Assembly: GCA_965243135.1 (NCBI GenBank)
Contig: OZ251539.1
Coordinates: forward strand, 800,001 to 864,000
Direction: 5' to 3'
DNA length: 64,000 nt
Source of the DNA: Alphaproteobacteria bacterium
GTDB taxonomy: Bacteria; Pseudomonadota; Alphaproteobacteria; MPNO01; UBA830
The notes below the pieces were generated by a model. That model had not been told where the DNA came from, ran no database searches, and saw only the letters and a program-made list of their open reading frames with translations. The position numbers and the translations under genes are program-made. Positions 29,320 to 38,920 of this stretch are shown here, piece by piece. The stretch's first letter is position 1. Each line of letters opens with the position of its first letter.

Positions 29320-30600
29320 GTGACTGCGGGCCTCGACGCGCTCCCGGCGGCCGAAATCGCCGACGGCGTCCGGTCGGGGGCGTTCGCTGCCGAAGCCGTC
29401 GTCGACGCCTGCCTCGAGCGGATCGGAAATCGCGAAGAGACGGTGGGCGCGTGGGAATATCTCGACGCCGATCTTGCGCGACGTCAGGCTCGCGCCGTGG
29501 ATGGGGCAAGGATCAAGGGGCCCTTGGCCGGGGTTCCGGTCGGCATCAAGGACATCATCGCCACCTTCGACATGCCGACCGGAATGGGGTCGCCGATCTA
29601 TGCCGATTACCGTCCGCCGGCGGACGCGAGTTGCGTAGCGCGGCTTAGGGCCGCAGGGGCCGTAATTCTCGGGAAGACGGTGACCTGCGAGTTTGCGGGG
29701 CTGACGCCCGGCAGGACCGCCAACCCGCGGGATCCGGCCCATACGCCGGGCGGTTCGTCCAGCGGCTCGGCGGCGGCGGTTGCCGACCATATGGCGCCTG
29801 TCGCGCTCGGTACGCAGACGGGCGGTTCGGTCGTGCGGCCGTCGTCCTATTGCGGCGTGATCGGCTACAAGCCGAGTTTCGGGGCGTTCAGCCTGGCGGG
29901 AGTCTTTCCCGCCGCCGAGAGCCTCGATACCTTGGGGCTTCACGTGCGGAGCGTGGACGACATCGCGTTGTTGTTTTCGGCGCTGGCGGGAGGACCGTTC
30001 CGTTCCGCTCGCGAGCCGCCTTCCGATCCGGTTTTCGGATTGTGCCGAACATGGTGGTGGGACGACGCGCAATCCGAGACCCGCGACGCGGTCGAAGGCG
30101 CGGCCGGGCGCATCGCCGGAGCCGGCTTCGAGGTTCGCGATCTGACCCTGCCCGACGAGTTCCGGCGGCTGAGCGAAGCGCGAGCAGTCATCAACGCCCG
30201 CGAGCGGGCCATGGCTATGGCGGATGCGTGGGAGCGCAGTCGCGAACTGATTTCGCCGGGATTGCAGGACACCGTTCGCGAGGGGCTGGCGCTCCCTTAC
30301 GGCGATTACGTCGATGCGTTGCGCCTGATGGACTTCTGCCGGGCGCGCGCCGAAGAAGTCTTTGCCGGATGCGATGCGATCCTGACGCCCGCCGTCGACG
30401 GCGAGGCGCCTCGGGGCCTTGGCGACACCGGCAGTCCGCGCTTCCAGTCCTTATGGACCATATTGCGCACCCCGGCGATGACGCTCCCGACCCATGTGGG
30501 CCCTCGCGGGCTGCCGGTCGGGATACAGCTGGTCGCGCCATGGCGTCGCGACGACCTTCTGTTCGGCATCGGCCGCCGCGTGACGGAAATCCTTTCTTGA
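29320..30600 (+). CDS. Amidase-signature family enzyme
   Basis: PVGIKD, PGGSSSGSAAAVA, GTQTGGSVVRPSSYCG. Confidence 0.92.
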   Translation: MTAGLDALPAAEIADGVRSGAFAAEAVVDACLERIGNREETVGAWEYLDADLARRQARAVDGARIKGPLAGVPVGIKDIIATFDMPTGMGSPIYADYRPPADASCVARLRAAGAVILGKTVTCEFAGLTPGRTANPRDPAHTPGGSSSGSAAAVADHMAPVALGTQTGGSVVRPSSYCGVIGYKPSFGAFSLAGVFPAAESLDTLGLHVRSVDDIALLFSALAGGPFRSAREPPSDPVFGLCRTWWWDDAQSETRDAVEGAAGRIAGAGFEVRDLTLPDEFRRLSEARAVINARERAMAMADAWERSRELISPGLQDTVREGLALPYGDYVDALRLMDFCRARAEEVFAGCDAILTPAVDGEAPRGLGDTGSPRFQSLWTILRTPAMTLPTHVGPRGLPVGIQLVAPWRRDDLLFGIGRRVTEILS

Positions 30601-32864
30601 GCGCGCGTTCTCCCTTGGGCATGCCGCTGCCGCGCATCGAGGACGCGCCGCTTCTGGCGGGAAAAGGGGCTTTCGTCGCCGACAGGAATTTCGAAGGTCA
30701 GCTCCACATGCGGGTCGTCCGATCCGACAAGGCGCACGGGGAAATTCGCGGCATCGACGCTTCGGCCGCCGCCGTTCTGGGCGGCGTGGCCGCCGTGTGG
30801 ACGTCCGGCGACGTTGCCGACATCCCTCCCATCGGCTTCCGTCCGACCAGGTATGCAGGGCTGGAACCGTATCGACAGCCGGTGCTGGCGGCGACGAAAG
30901 TTCGTTACGCCGGGGAACCCCTGGCCGCCGTCTTCGCGGAGGATCCGCACGTCGCGGAAGATGCCGCGGCGCTCGTGCTAGCCGACATCGGCGAGTTGCC
31001 GCCGCAGCTGGACGCGTCGGCGAAGCCCGGCGAATTCGCTGCCGGCGCCAGCTCCGAAGCGGCCGTCGTCGAAAAGGGATACGGCGACGTGGAAGCGGCT
31101 TTTCGCGATGCTCGCGATGTCGTCGAGCTCGATCTCGCGATAGGCCGCCATACGGGAATTCCGTTGGAATGCCGGGGCGGACTGGCTCGCGTGAATCCCG
31201 ACACCGGCGTTCTGGAATTCTACGGGGCGACGAAGCGCGCCCATCCCAATCGCGATCAGATCGCCCGGACGTTCGGTCTCGACCCCGCCCGCGTGCATCT
31301 GTTCGAAGGCAATGTCGGAGGCGGCTTCGGGATTCGCGGCGAGCTCTATCCGGAAGATTTCCTGATCTGCGCGGCCGCCTTGCGGCTGAGACGCCCGGTT
31401 AAGTGGATCGAAGACCGGCGCGAACATCTGATCGCCGTCAACCATTCCCGGCAGCAACGGCACCGCGTGAGGGCGGCGATCGACGGGGACGGAAGATTGC
31501 GCGCCATAGACGTCGAATTCTTTCACGATCAGGGCGCTTATCTCAGAACTCATGGCGTGCGGGTGCCCGACATGACGGCAGGCTTGCTCCTCGGGCCCTA
31601 CCGCGTTCCCGCCTACCGGGTTGCCGGACGCGTGCGTCTGACCAACAAGACTCCCGCGGCGACCTACCGGTCTCCCGGCCGCTACGAAGGAAGCTTCGTG
31701 CGCGAAAGGCTGCTCGACGCGGTGGCGGCGCGGATCGGAGTTTCGGGCGCGGAGGTTCGTCGGCGCAACATGGTTCCGGCGAGCGCCATGCCCTACGCCC
31801 GGCCGCTGGACGCGCTGGAAGTCGATGTGGTTCTGGATTCGGGAGACTACGAGGGGTTGCTCGGCAAGGCGCTCGATGCGTTCGATTGGCGCGGCATGCG
31901 GAGAGAACTCGCCCGGCGCCGCGAAGCCGGGGAGATCGTAGGAGCGGGCATCGGCTGTTTCGTCGAGAAGTCGGGCCTCGGTCCGACGGACAAGGTACGC
32001 ATCGAGATCGATGGCGACGGGCGGATCGAGGCAATCACGGGCGCGGCGGATCTCGGACAGGGCGTGCAAACCGCGATGGCCCAGATCTGCGCATCGGCGC
32101 TGGGGGTGGACTACGCGTCGGTTCGCGTGGTCCAGGGCCGCACCGACCGGATCGACGAAGGTTACGGCTCCCATGCGTCGCGCACTACCGTGGTTACCGG
32201 AGAAGCCGCGCGGCTGGCGGCCGTCAACCTTTCCGGGAAGCTGGCGAAGGTCGCGGCCGCGCATCTTCAGGCCGAGCCCGGCGCAGTCGAAATAAAGGAC
32301 GGCGCGGCGCGGCGCGGCGGCGCGTCGATGACGTTCGCCGAAATCGCGCGCATCGCCGGCGGCAATGTCGCAGCCGAGGGTCGCTGCGACGTGACGCACA
32401 TGAATTATCCGTACGGAGTCCACGTGGCGCAGGTATTGGTCGACGCCGATACGGGGCATGTCGCGGTGGAAAAGTTCATGATCGCCTACGATGTCGGGCG
32501 CGCCGTCAATCCGATGCTGGTGAAGGGCCAGCTCGCCGGCGGCATGGCGCAGGGCATCGGCGGCGCCCTGTTCGAGGAATTTCTGTACGACGAAGCCGGT
32601 CAGCCCCTTTCGTCCACGTTCGCGGATTACGTCATGCCGGGCGCGACGGAAATCCCGACGCCGCGAATTCTGTTGACGGAGGACGCTCCGAGTCCGCTCA
32701 ACCCGCTCGGCTTGAAGGGCGCCGGCGAGGGCGGCATCAACGCGGTGGGCGCGGCCGTCGCGTCCGCCATCGACGATGCGACGGGAATTCCGGGCGCGGT
32801 AACGGAATTGCCGGTGACGCCGCGCCGCATGCTGGCGTTGCTGCGGCGTCGGAAGGCAGGTTGA
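30597..32864 (+). CDS. Xanthine dehydrogenase/CoxL-family molybdopterin-binding large subunit
   Basis: RIEDAPLLAGKG, VGGGFG, TYRSPGR loop, GQG, NPMLV.GQ..GG..QG, KGAGEG; start TTG 30597 or ATG 30621. Confidence 0.9.
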   Translation: MSARSPLGMPLPRIEDAPLLAGKGAFVADRNFEGQLHMRVVRSDKAHGEIRGIDASAAAVLGGVAAVWTSGDVADIPPIGFRPTRYAGLEPYRQPVLAATKVRYAGEPLAAVFAEDPHVAEDAAALVLADIGELPPQLDASAKPGEFAAGASSEAAVVEKGYGDVEAAFRDARDVVELDLAIGRHTGIPLECRGGLARVNPDTGVLEFYGATKRAHPNRDQIARTFGLDPARVHLFEGNVGGGFGIRGELYPEDFLICAAALRLRRPVKWIEDRREHLIAVNHSRQQRHRVRAAIDGDGRLRAIDVEFFHDQGAYLRTHGVRVPDMTAGLLLGPYRVPAYRVAGRVRLTNKTPAATYRSPGRYEGSFVRERLLDAVAARIGVSGAEVRRRNMVPASAMPYARPLDALEVDVVLDSGDYEGLLGKALDAFDWRGMRRELARRREAGEIVGAGIGCFVEKSGLGPTDKVRIEIDGDGRIEAITGAADLGQGVQTAMAQICASALGVDYASVRVVQGRTDRIDEGYGSHASRTTVVTGEAARLAAVNLSGKLAKVAAAHLQAEPGAVEIKDGAARRGGASMTFAEIARIAGGNVAAEGRCDVTHMNYPYGVHVAQVLVDADTGHVAVEKFMIAYDVGRAVNPMLVKGQLAGGMAQGIGGALFEEFLYDEAGQPLSSTFADYVMPGATEIPTPRILLTEDAPSPLNPLGLKGAGEGGINAVGAAVASAIDDATGIPGAVTELPVTPRRMLALLRRRKAG

Positions 32865-32871
32865 TCGGCGC

Positions 32872-33264
32872 TCAGACCACCGCGACCGCCTGGATTTCGA
32901 CCATCATGTCCGGCTGGGCGAAGCCTGCGACGGTGATCAATGCGCTGGCCGGATAAGCGCCGTCGGGAAAATATTCCTTGCGGAGTTCGACGAACCGGTC
33001 GCCGTAGCGCGCATCGATGACGAACACGGTCATCTGCACGATGTCGGAGAGCGCGGCGCCGCACTCTTCGAGGCAGGCCTGCATGTTGGCGAACGACTGG
33101 CGCGTTTGCGCCTCGAAATCCCCCGCGAGGCTTTCGCCTTCGGGCGTCCGAGGCGCGCCGTATCCCGCCAGCCAGATGGTTTTCCGATCCGCTCCCTCCG
33201 TTACGACGGCGGGAGAGAACGAGCGGTTTTTCTGCCACGTTCCGTGAATGAATCGACGCTTCAT
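32872..33264 (-). CDS. RidA/YjgF family protein
   Basis: GDFEAQTRQ, YPASALITV..FAQPDMMVEIQAVAV. Confidence 0.88.
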   Translation of the reverse strand: MKRRFIHGTWQKNRSFSPAVVTEGADRKTIWLAGYGAPRTPEGESLAGDFEAQTRQSFANMQACLEECGAALSDIVQMTVFVIDARYGDRFVELRKEYFPDGAYPASALITVAGFAQPDMMVEIQAVAVV

Positions 33265-33569
33265 GTGCACTGCTCCCGGTGCCGGCCGTTCATTCGACCC
33301 GCAATTCGTTCAACCTGTCGCGAACGGGTTTTGATTAGCTCTTCGAGAATATACTTCACGTTCGCCGGTCCGTCCGCTCTTCTGCGTTCGACGATTTCGT
33401 CGCAGTCGGTCTCCAGGAGTTCGCAATGCTCGCGTTCCGTCATGGCTTCCTGCATCCTGTTCTTGAATCCGGTTCGAATCGCTTCCCTGTCGCGTTGATT
33501 GAACTCGCAAAAATCGCTCGACATTTCGTATTGGAGATTCTGCGCGTTGCGCTCGATAAAGTCGTGCAT
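33261..33569 (-). CDS. Hypothetical protein, possibly a 3' fragment truncated by the adjacent ISAzo13 relic
   Basis: Frame stays open upstream to the IS-relic boundary (~33615); stop overlaps the RidA start. Confidence 0.45.
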   Translation of the reverse strand: MHDFIERNAQNLQYEMSSDFCEFNQRDREAIRTGFKNRMQEAMTEREHCELLETDCDEIVERRRADGPANVKYILEELIKTRSRQVERIAGRMNGRHREQCT

Positions 33570-33619
33570 AGCTCGACTTTCGACGACGTCCTTCTCGGTG
33601 TAAGCGACCGTCCTTTATC

Positions 33620-33805
33620 GCTTCTCGCGGAAATAAATTGCATATTTTGGCGAGAGGCGATAGTCCCCGTGAAAATTGTCTCCCTTGAGAGAGGGCGGTC
33701 ATCTGACGGTCCGTCGCCGGCTGTCAGGTTGGGTAGCTGTTTTCGTCGAGTTCCAACCGGAGCGTCAAACCGCTCTTCGTCGTTGCCGGGAGGTTGACGA
33801 CCGCC
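33620..33805 (-). mobile_element. ISAzo13-family transposase 3' relic
   Basis: VVNL.ATTKSGLTLRLELDENSYPT...FHG, matching the family C-terminus; boundaries approximate. Confidence 0.72.
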
Positions 33806-33997
33806 CCGGCACCTTGACTCGCCGGCCAACCCATCCCCATACTGCCTTGGCGACGGAGACTCCCGGCCGTCGGTGTTGCGCTTCGGAGTTGACAGGAGGT
33901 GTTGCCGGGCAGGCGGAATTCGGCGTGGCGCAACCCATCGACTTGCGCCGCGCCGTCGGCGTTGCTACCGATCGACAGCCTGAGAGGAGAGCGGCAA

Positions 33998-34417
33998 ATG
34001 GGCGAGATAGTCGCTTCCATGGAACTGGAGAACGCCGTCGACCGCGACAACGCCAGCGAGGGCTTGCGCGACGAATCCGCGGTTCGCCGCACGACGGTGG
34101 AAGGCGTGGTGGACACCGGCGCGGTCATGCTCGTGTTGCCGGAGAACGTGGTCAGCCGCCTGGGCTTGAGGAGGCAGCGCGAGGTCGTCGTGACCTACGC
34201 GGACGAACGCAAGGAGACCCGCCCGGTCGCGGGGCCGGTGACGGTCCACATCGGCAACCGCTTCATGATCGCGGAATGCGTAGTCGGTCCGCCCTTGAGC
34301 GAACCGTTGATCGGCCAGATCGTTCTGGAAGCGCTGGACCTGGTGGCCGATTGCGCCAACCGCACGGTTGGGCCGCGCCCGGAGTCGCCGGACAGTCCCT
34401 TGCTGAAGTTGAAGTGA
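33998..34417 (+). CDS. Clan AA (retropepsin-like, AF_0612-type) aspartic protease
   Basis: VVDTGA catalytic motif, YADER, PLIGQIVLEALDL; GAGGAG RBS. Confidence 0.88.
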   Translation: MGEIVASMELENAVDRDNASEGLRDESAVRRTTVEGVVDTGAVMLVLPENVVSRLGLRRQREVVVTYADERKETRPVAGPVTVHIGNRFMIAECVVGPPLSEPLIGQIVLEALDLVADCANRTVGPRPESPDSPLLKLK

Positions 34418-34444
34418 CCCTCGCCCGTCGAGGCTTTGCCCACG

Positions 34445-34710
34445 CGTCCGTAACGCCCTCCGGCACGAGCAAGTGGAACAAGGCAGGTTTTGCCATCTGG
34501 AATTGACGCTGTCGCCCGCTGGCAAGTCGCGAGGCGATCAAGAACCTCCCATACGACGACGAAAAGCGGCCTGACCCTCCGGCTCGAGTTGGACGAAAAC
34601 AGTTACCTGATCGGACAACCGGTGAAGGAGATGGCGGCCTTGTCTCTCAAGAGAGACGATTTTCACGGGGAATCGCTTCTCGGAGTTGATAGCGGGTTTC
34701 TTTTTCCAGA
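34445..34710 (+). mobile_element. ISAzo13-family transposase 3' relic
   Basis: PSGTSKWNK, RPLASRE, TTTKSGLTLRLELDENSY, LKRDDFHGE across frames; boundaries approximate. Confidence 0.8.
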
Positions 34711-34879
34711 AACTCGTCGAGGTTGGGGATATTCCGTGCGCTTTCCGCGATTATCCGCTCAAGTTCGTTTCCCGCGGAAATCACGGAGGACTGTATCTTG
34801 CTTGCCGTTGCGCATGCCGAACAACCGTTCGTATGCCTCTGAATTGTTTTTCGTCCTCGCGTTTCCGAGCAGCGCCGTG

Positions 34880-35548
34880 TCAGCCGTTAAGATCGCAGCC
34901 GAGAAACGTGCGTTCGACGTTGTTCGCGGCTTCCATCACGGAGAACGATCCGGCGGCAGGGTCGATTACGTAGTCTCCCTCGTTGGTCACCGCCTCGATG
35001 AGTCTGCTCTGCAGCTCCAAAGGCTTCCGGTGAGGGTGATCGCGGCCAGGCACGCGCTCGGACCAGGTGTCCGGTATGTTGTGAATCTTCCACACGCCTT
35101 TGGCCTTGCGCGGAGCCTTTTGCAGGACGACGCAATACTCGGTGACACGGCGGGTGCGGTAGCCCATTCCGAATTTTTCCTTGTTCCAGTTCACGAGATC
35201 GACGGTTTCGAGATCCGTGTCCTCGATCCAGGCTCCGAAACCCTGGCACAGATGAAACTTGTCCATCCACAGAAAAAGGTGCCCGGAAGGGATCAGCACG
35301 CGATCGATGTCCTTGACGAAATTCGCGATAAGCCGTTCCGGCATCTGCTGCAGGGCGCTTCGTTCCTTGGTGCGGGACTTTCCTTCGTTGCCGTACTGCA
35401 ATTTATCGAGCACGCCGCGGTATTGCGGATCGAAGAATGCGACCGGAATCGCTGAACCGGGCAACAGCGAAAGAAACTTCAGGCCGTCCATCTTGATTCG
35501 CGTTCCCGCCTCGAGGGCCTTCGGAAGTTCAATGGCGGGAGCTTTCAC
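34880..35548 (-). CDS. Site-specific N6A/N4C DNA methyltransferase (beta-type motif order), orphan
   Basis: Motif IV variant DPQY precedes HPHRKP and motif I DPAAGS; start GTG 35548 chosen, ORF open to 35656. Confidence 0.85.
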   Translation of the reverse strand: MKAPAIELPKALEAGTRIKMDGLKFLSLLPGSAIPVAFFDPQYRGVLDKLQYGNEGKSRTKERSALQQMPERLIANFVKDIDRVLIPSGHLFLWMDKFHLCQGFGAWIEDTDLETVDLVNWNKEKFGMGYRTRRVTEYCVVLQKAPRKAKGVWKIHNIPDTWSERVPGRDHPHRKPLELQSRLIEAVTNEGDYVIDPAAGSFSVMEAANNVERTFLGCDLNG

Positions 35549-36112
35549 CGTCCGGCGTCCCGAATACACGTTGTTGGACGCTGGAAACTCGAAAAGTTCC
35601 GCTGTCGTTTGCCATGCCGTGTTCCCTTTTCGATGATCAGCCGCAGTTTCGACCATAGCTCGCGCTCGGTGCGAAGCGACCGCGTTCGGGCGAGGCGGGG
35701 CGGAAAAGGACTCCGCCTCGTCGGACGCGGAAGTTCGCCGTCATTGAGTTCGGCGAGTTGTCGAACTCTTCGGCATTCGGCCGCGTTGCCGTTCCATCGC
35801 GTACCGGTGCATTGCCCATCCACGCATTCGGGCAAGTAAGTGCCTCTTGCAGGGAAAAATAAACAATATAAATGACTTAAACTGTCATTTGAATCGGCGT
35901 CCCGGAGGGGGGGGCGTTCCCGCGCCGCCCGGAGCCGGGCGCGCAGTCGAACGGGAACGCTTCGGGGGATGTCGGGCTGCGGCGGAGATCGTCGAGGCGA
36001 TCCGCCGACTCGGCACCGCCGCGAAATTCCTGCCGGGCCGGCGAGGCTCGGCGAACGGGTCTCGCTGAGGCGGAACCGCATGGACCGCGGAATGGACGCC
36101 CGCGGGACGAGG

Positions 36113-36928
36113 TTAGATTTCGAGGATTTCCGCAACTTCGGGCCAGCTTCTCGCGCCGTTCGTCTTCAGGTCCTCTGTCAGCTGCGCGGGCATCCAGCGG
36201 AGAAAGGCGGGCTCGAAGGTCGGCCGTTCCTTGATTCTGGCGAGCCAGCGTTCGACGAGGGGCAGGCGGCCGCCTTCCCACATGCCCTGCATCGAAAGCA
36301 TGTCGAGCCGCGCGACGTAAGGGGTGATCGCGATGTCCGCGAAAGAGAATTCGTCGAGAGCGAGCCAGGAGGTTTGCCGAAGCGCTTCCTCCATCTTCTG
36401 AAGGTAGCGGTCGTAAAGGACGATCTTTTCGCGGCCGCCTGGCGCGTCGAAGCCTTCGCGGACATACGTTTTCTTCTGCTCGTGCCAGTGCGCGGAGACC
36501 GAAAAAGGCGGAGTGGAATCGAGAAATTCGCGGAGGCGCTCGGGACCGAGCCGCTGGATCGTGTGGCGGTGGGAAGCCATGAAGGTCAGCGCGCCGCAGG
36601 CCGGATGCAACTCCTCGTCGACCGCCTTGGTCCAGTATCGGACTTCCGCCCGCATGACCGGGTCGTCCGGCCGGATGCGGTTTTCCGGAAACGCGTCGTC
36701 CAGATATTCGCAGATATTGGTCGATTCGCGGATGACGGCGCCGTCGTGAACCAGAGTGGGCACGACCGCCTTCGGATTGAGCTTCCTGTATTCCGGGTCG
36801 AACTGCTCGCCTGCCAGGATGTCGATGTAGTGGCCCTCCCATGGGAGTTCCTTCTCTTCGAGATAGAAACGAACCTTCGCGGCGCAAACGGACGAGCCGT
36901 GGTGGTAGAGATCGATTTTGTCCGTCAT
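36113..36928 (-). CDS. Glutathione S-transferase family protein
   Basis: SVCAAKVR, LNPKAVVPTL, ESTNICEYLD, FSFADI. Confidence 0.92.
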   Translation of the reverse strand: MTDKIDLYHHGSSVCAAKVRFYLEEKELPWEGHYIDILAGEQFDPEYRKLNPKAVVPTLVHDGAVIRESTNICEYLDDAFPENRIRPDDPVMRAEVRYWTKAVDEELHPACGALTFMASHRHTIQRLGPERLREFLDSTPPFSVSAHWHEQKKTYVREGFDAPGGREKIVLYDRYLQKMEEALRQTSWLALDEFSFADIAITPYVARLDMLSMQGMWEGGRLPLVERWLARIKERPTFEPAFLRWMPAQLTEDLKTNGARSWPEVAEILEI

Positions 36929-37034
36929 GGGTTTCTTCCTTCCGTAGTTGCCGTTCCGGCTCCGTCGCTTTCGGACTCCGCGAGGTTCCGCGCGCGGCGG
37001 AACGCCCGCCGCGCCAACGGCTGCCGAGGCGCCG

Positions 37035-37409
37035 TCATTTCTCGAAGTGATCTTTCTGATGGTTCGCGAGGTGCCTGTAGTCGTCTCGAATGGGAGCGAA
37101 CACGTCCAGGTTGAGCGCGGGCTCGTCGCCGAGCGGTTCGGCGTAGTGCTTTACGTCCGGCGGTATGCGGATGAACGTTCCGGGTTCGGCCTCGAACGTC
37201 TCGTCGCCGACATGGAAGCGCACGCGGCCCGACACGATCACCGTAACCTGCTCGAACGGATGGCTGTGCGGATTGGTTTCCATGTCGGGCTGGAGCCAGT
37301 TCATCACCAGCAGCACGTCTTCGCCGCGAAATCCGACGCGCTCGACGCCCTTGCGAACGGTCTCTCGGTCCAGCGCGTTCCAGTTGGCGACGCTCGTCTT
37401 TTCCACCAT
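37035..37409 (-). CDS. Cupin domain protein
   Basis: PHSHPFEQ...IPPDVKH, LDVFAPIRDDY; GGAGG RBS. Confidence 0.88.
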   Translation of the reverse strand: MVEKTSVANWNALDRETVRKGVERVGFRGEDVLLVMNWLQPDMETNPHSHPFEQVTVIVSGRVRFHVGDETFEAEPGTFIRIPPDVKHYAEPLGDEPALNLDVFAPIRDDYRHLANHQKDHFEK

Positions 37410-37474
37410 CGTACCCTCCAGCGTTTGTTCGTCCGTTCCGCCCGGAAAGCCGCGGACCGGCCGGCGGCCGCGTT

Positions 37475-37723
37475 TCATCGTTCCGGCGGAATGATTTCCT
37501 GCACGCACACGTCGTCGATCAGATGCGCCCGTCTTATGTCCTCAAGATGGGCGCGTTTCTCGCTCGCCGTGAGCGCCGCGCCGATTCCCTGGACCATCGC
37601 CAGCACGACGGAGCGGTCGCTCATCCCCAACCAGAAATCGCGTCTGACCAGCCGATCCGACTCGTCCCGCGCGAACGGGCTGTCGGGATTGGCCCCGAGG
37701 TCGGGTGAATGGAATCTCGCCAT
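37475..37723 (-). CDS. Small hypothetical protein
   Basis: AGGAG RBS, protein-like composition, co-oriented with cupin and GST. Confidence 0.65.
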   Translation of the reverse strand: MARFHSPDLGANPDSPFARDESDRLVRRDFWLGMSDRSVVLAMVQGIGAALTASEKRAHLEDIRRAHLIDDVCVQEIIPPER

Positions 37724-37831
37724 GTGATCTCCTGTCGCTTCCCATGGCGAGTATAGGGATTGTCGGCGCTATGGTCAGCCGGTTAATCTGGCCGCCGGGA
37801 AAAACGGAAAATTCCGGGAAGGTTGGACGAA

Positions 37832-38890
37832 ATGGCGGAGTTCCTGCGCAACGCTTGGTACGCCGCGGCCTGGGATCACGAAGTCGGCGAGAAGCCGCTC
37901 GGACGCACGATTCTGGGCGAGCCGGTCGCGATGTTTCGCGACGCCGCCGGAAAGGTCGTCGCGCTGGAGGACCGCTGTTGCCATCGCGGGCTGCCGCTGT
38001 CCTGCGGGCGCGTGTCGGGCGACGAGATCGAGTGCGGCTACCACGGCCTGGTCTTCGACCGGACCGGCGCCTGCGTTCGCGTCCCCGGACAGGGAAGGGT
38101 GCCGCCCGGAGCCCGCGTGAAAGCGTGGCCCGTGCTCGAGAAGTACCGGTACGTCTGGCTGTGGATGGGCGACCCCGCCGCGGCGGACGAAGCCTCGCTG
38201 CCGGACTGGTGGATGGCGGAACGCAGCGACTGGAGGATGGTGAAGGGCGATCCGCCGTTCCACGTTCCGGGCAACTACGAACTGATCAACGACAACCTGC
38301 TGGATCTGAGCCATGTCGCGTTCGTTCACGCCCGCAACATCGGCACCGGCGCGGTGCCCGATTTTCCGATCGTGACGAGCCGCGGAGAGAACGCGGTTCG
38401 CATGATTCGCTGGATCATGGATTCGCCTCCGGCGCCCCTCTACGCGAGGCTCGGCGGCTTCGAGCGGAACGTCGACCGCTGGCAATTCGCCGAAGGCCGC
38501 GTTCCGGGCTTCAATACCGTGCACGTCGGTTGCCTGCCGACGGGCTGCGGCGCGGCGCCCGGCGACCTTCCCGACGCGATCGAACGGAAACCCGGCGGAC
38601 GCGACGGGCGCGGGTTCGAGTTCTTCAACCTCAACGCCATCACGCCCGAAACGGAGGGTTCCAGCTGGTACTTCTACGCGCACGTCCGCAATTTCGCGCT
38701 CGACGACCCGGAGGTCGAAGAAATGTTCCGGGTCGAGATGCGCGCTGCGTTTCAGGAGGACATGGACGTCATCGGCGCGCAACAGGCGAACGTCGATCCC
38801 GACAGGCCGTGGGTGGACATCCAGGTCGACGGACCGGGCTTGACGCTGCGGCGCATGCTGAGGGAGAGCGTCGCGGCCGAACGCGCGTAA
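37832..38890 (+). CDS. Rieske non-heme iron oxygenase alpha subunit (VanA-like)
   Basis: CCHR...CGYHG Rieske motif; NLLDLSHVAFVH; FQED. Confidence 0.92.
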   Translation: MAEFLRNAWYAAAWDHEVGEKPLGRTILGEPVAMFRDAAGKVVALEDRCCHRGLPLSCGRVSGDEIECGYHGLVFDRTGACVRVPGQGRVPPGARVKAWPVLEKYRYVWLWMGDPAAADEASLPDWWMAERSDWRMVKGDPPFHVPGNYELINDNLLDLSHVAFVHARNIGTGAVPDFPIVTSRGENAVRMIRWIMDSPPAPLYARLGGFERNVDRWQFAEGRVPGFNTVHVGCLPTGCGAAPGDLPDAIERKPGGRDGRGFEFFNLNAITPETEGSSWYFYAHVRNFALDDPEVEEMFRVEMRAAFQEDMDVIGAQQANVDPDRPWVDIQVDGPGLTLRRMLRESVAAERA

Positions 38891-38920
38891 AGGCGCCGCC
38901 GGGCGGCCGGCGGCGCCTCG

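Noticed and set aside
30597-32864. Aerobic CO dehydrogenase (coxL)
   Set aside because: Lacks the AYxCSFR motif and there are no coxM/coxS genes.
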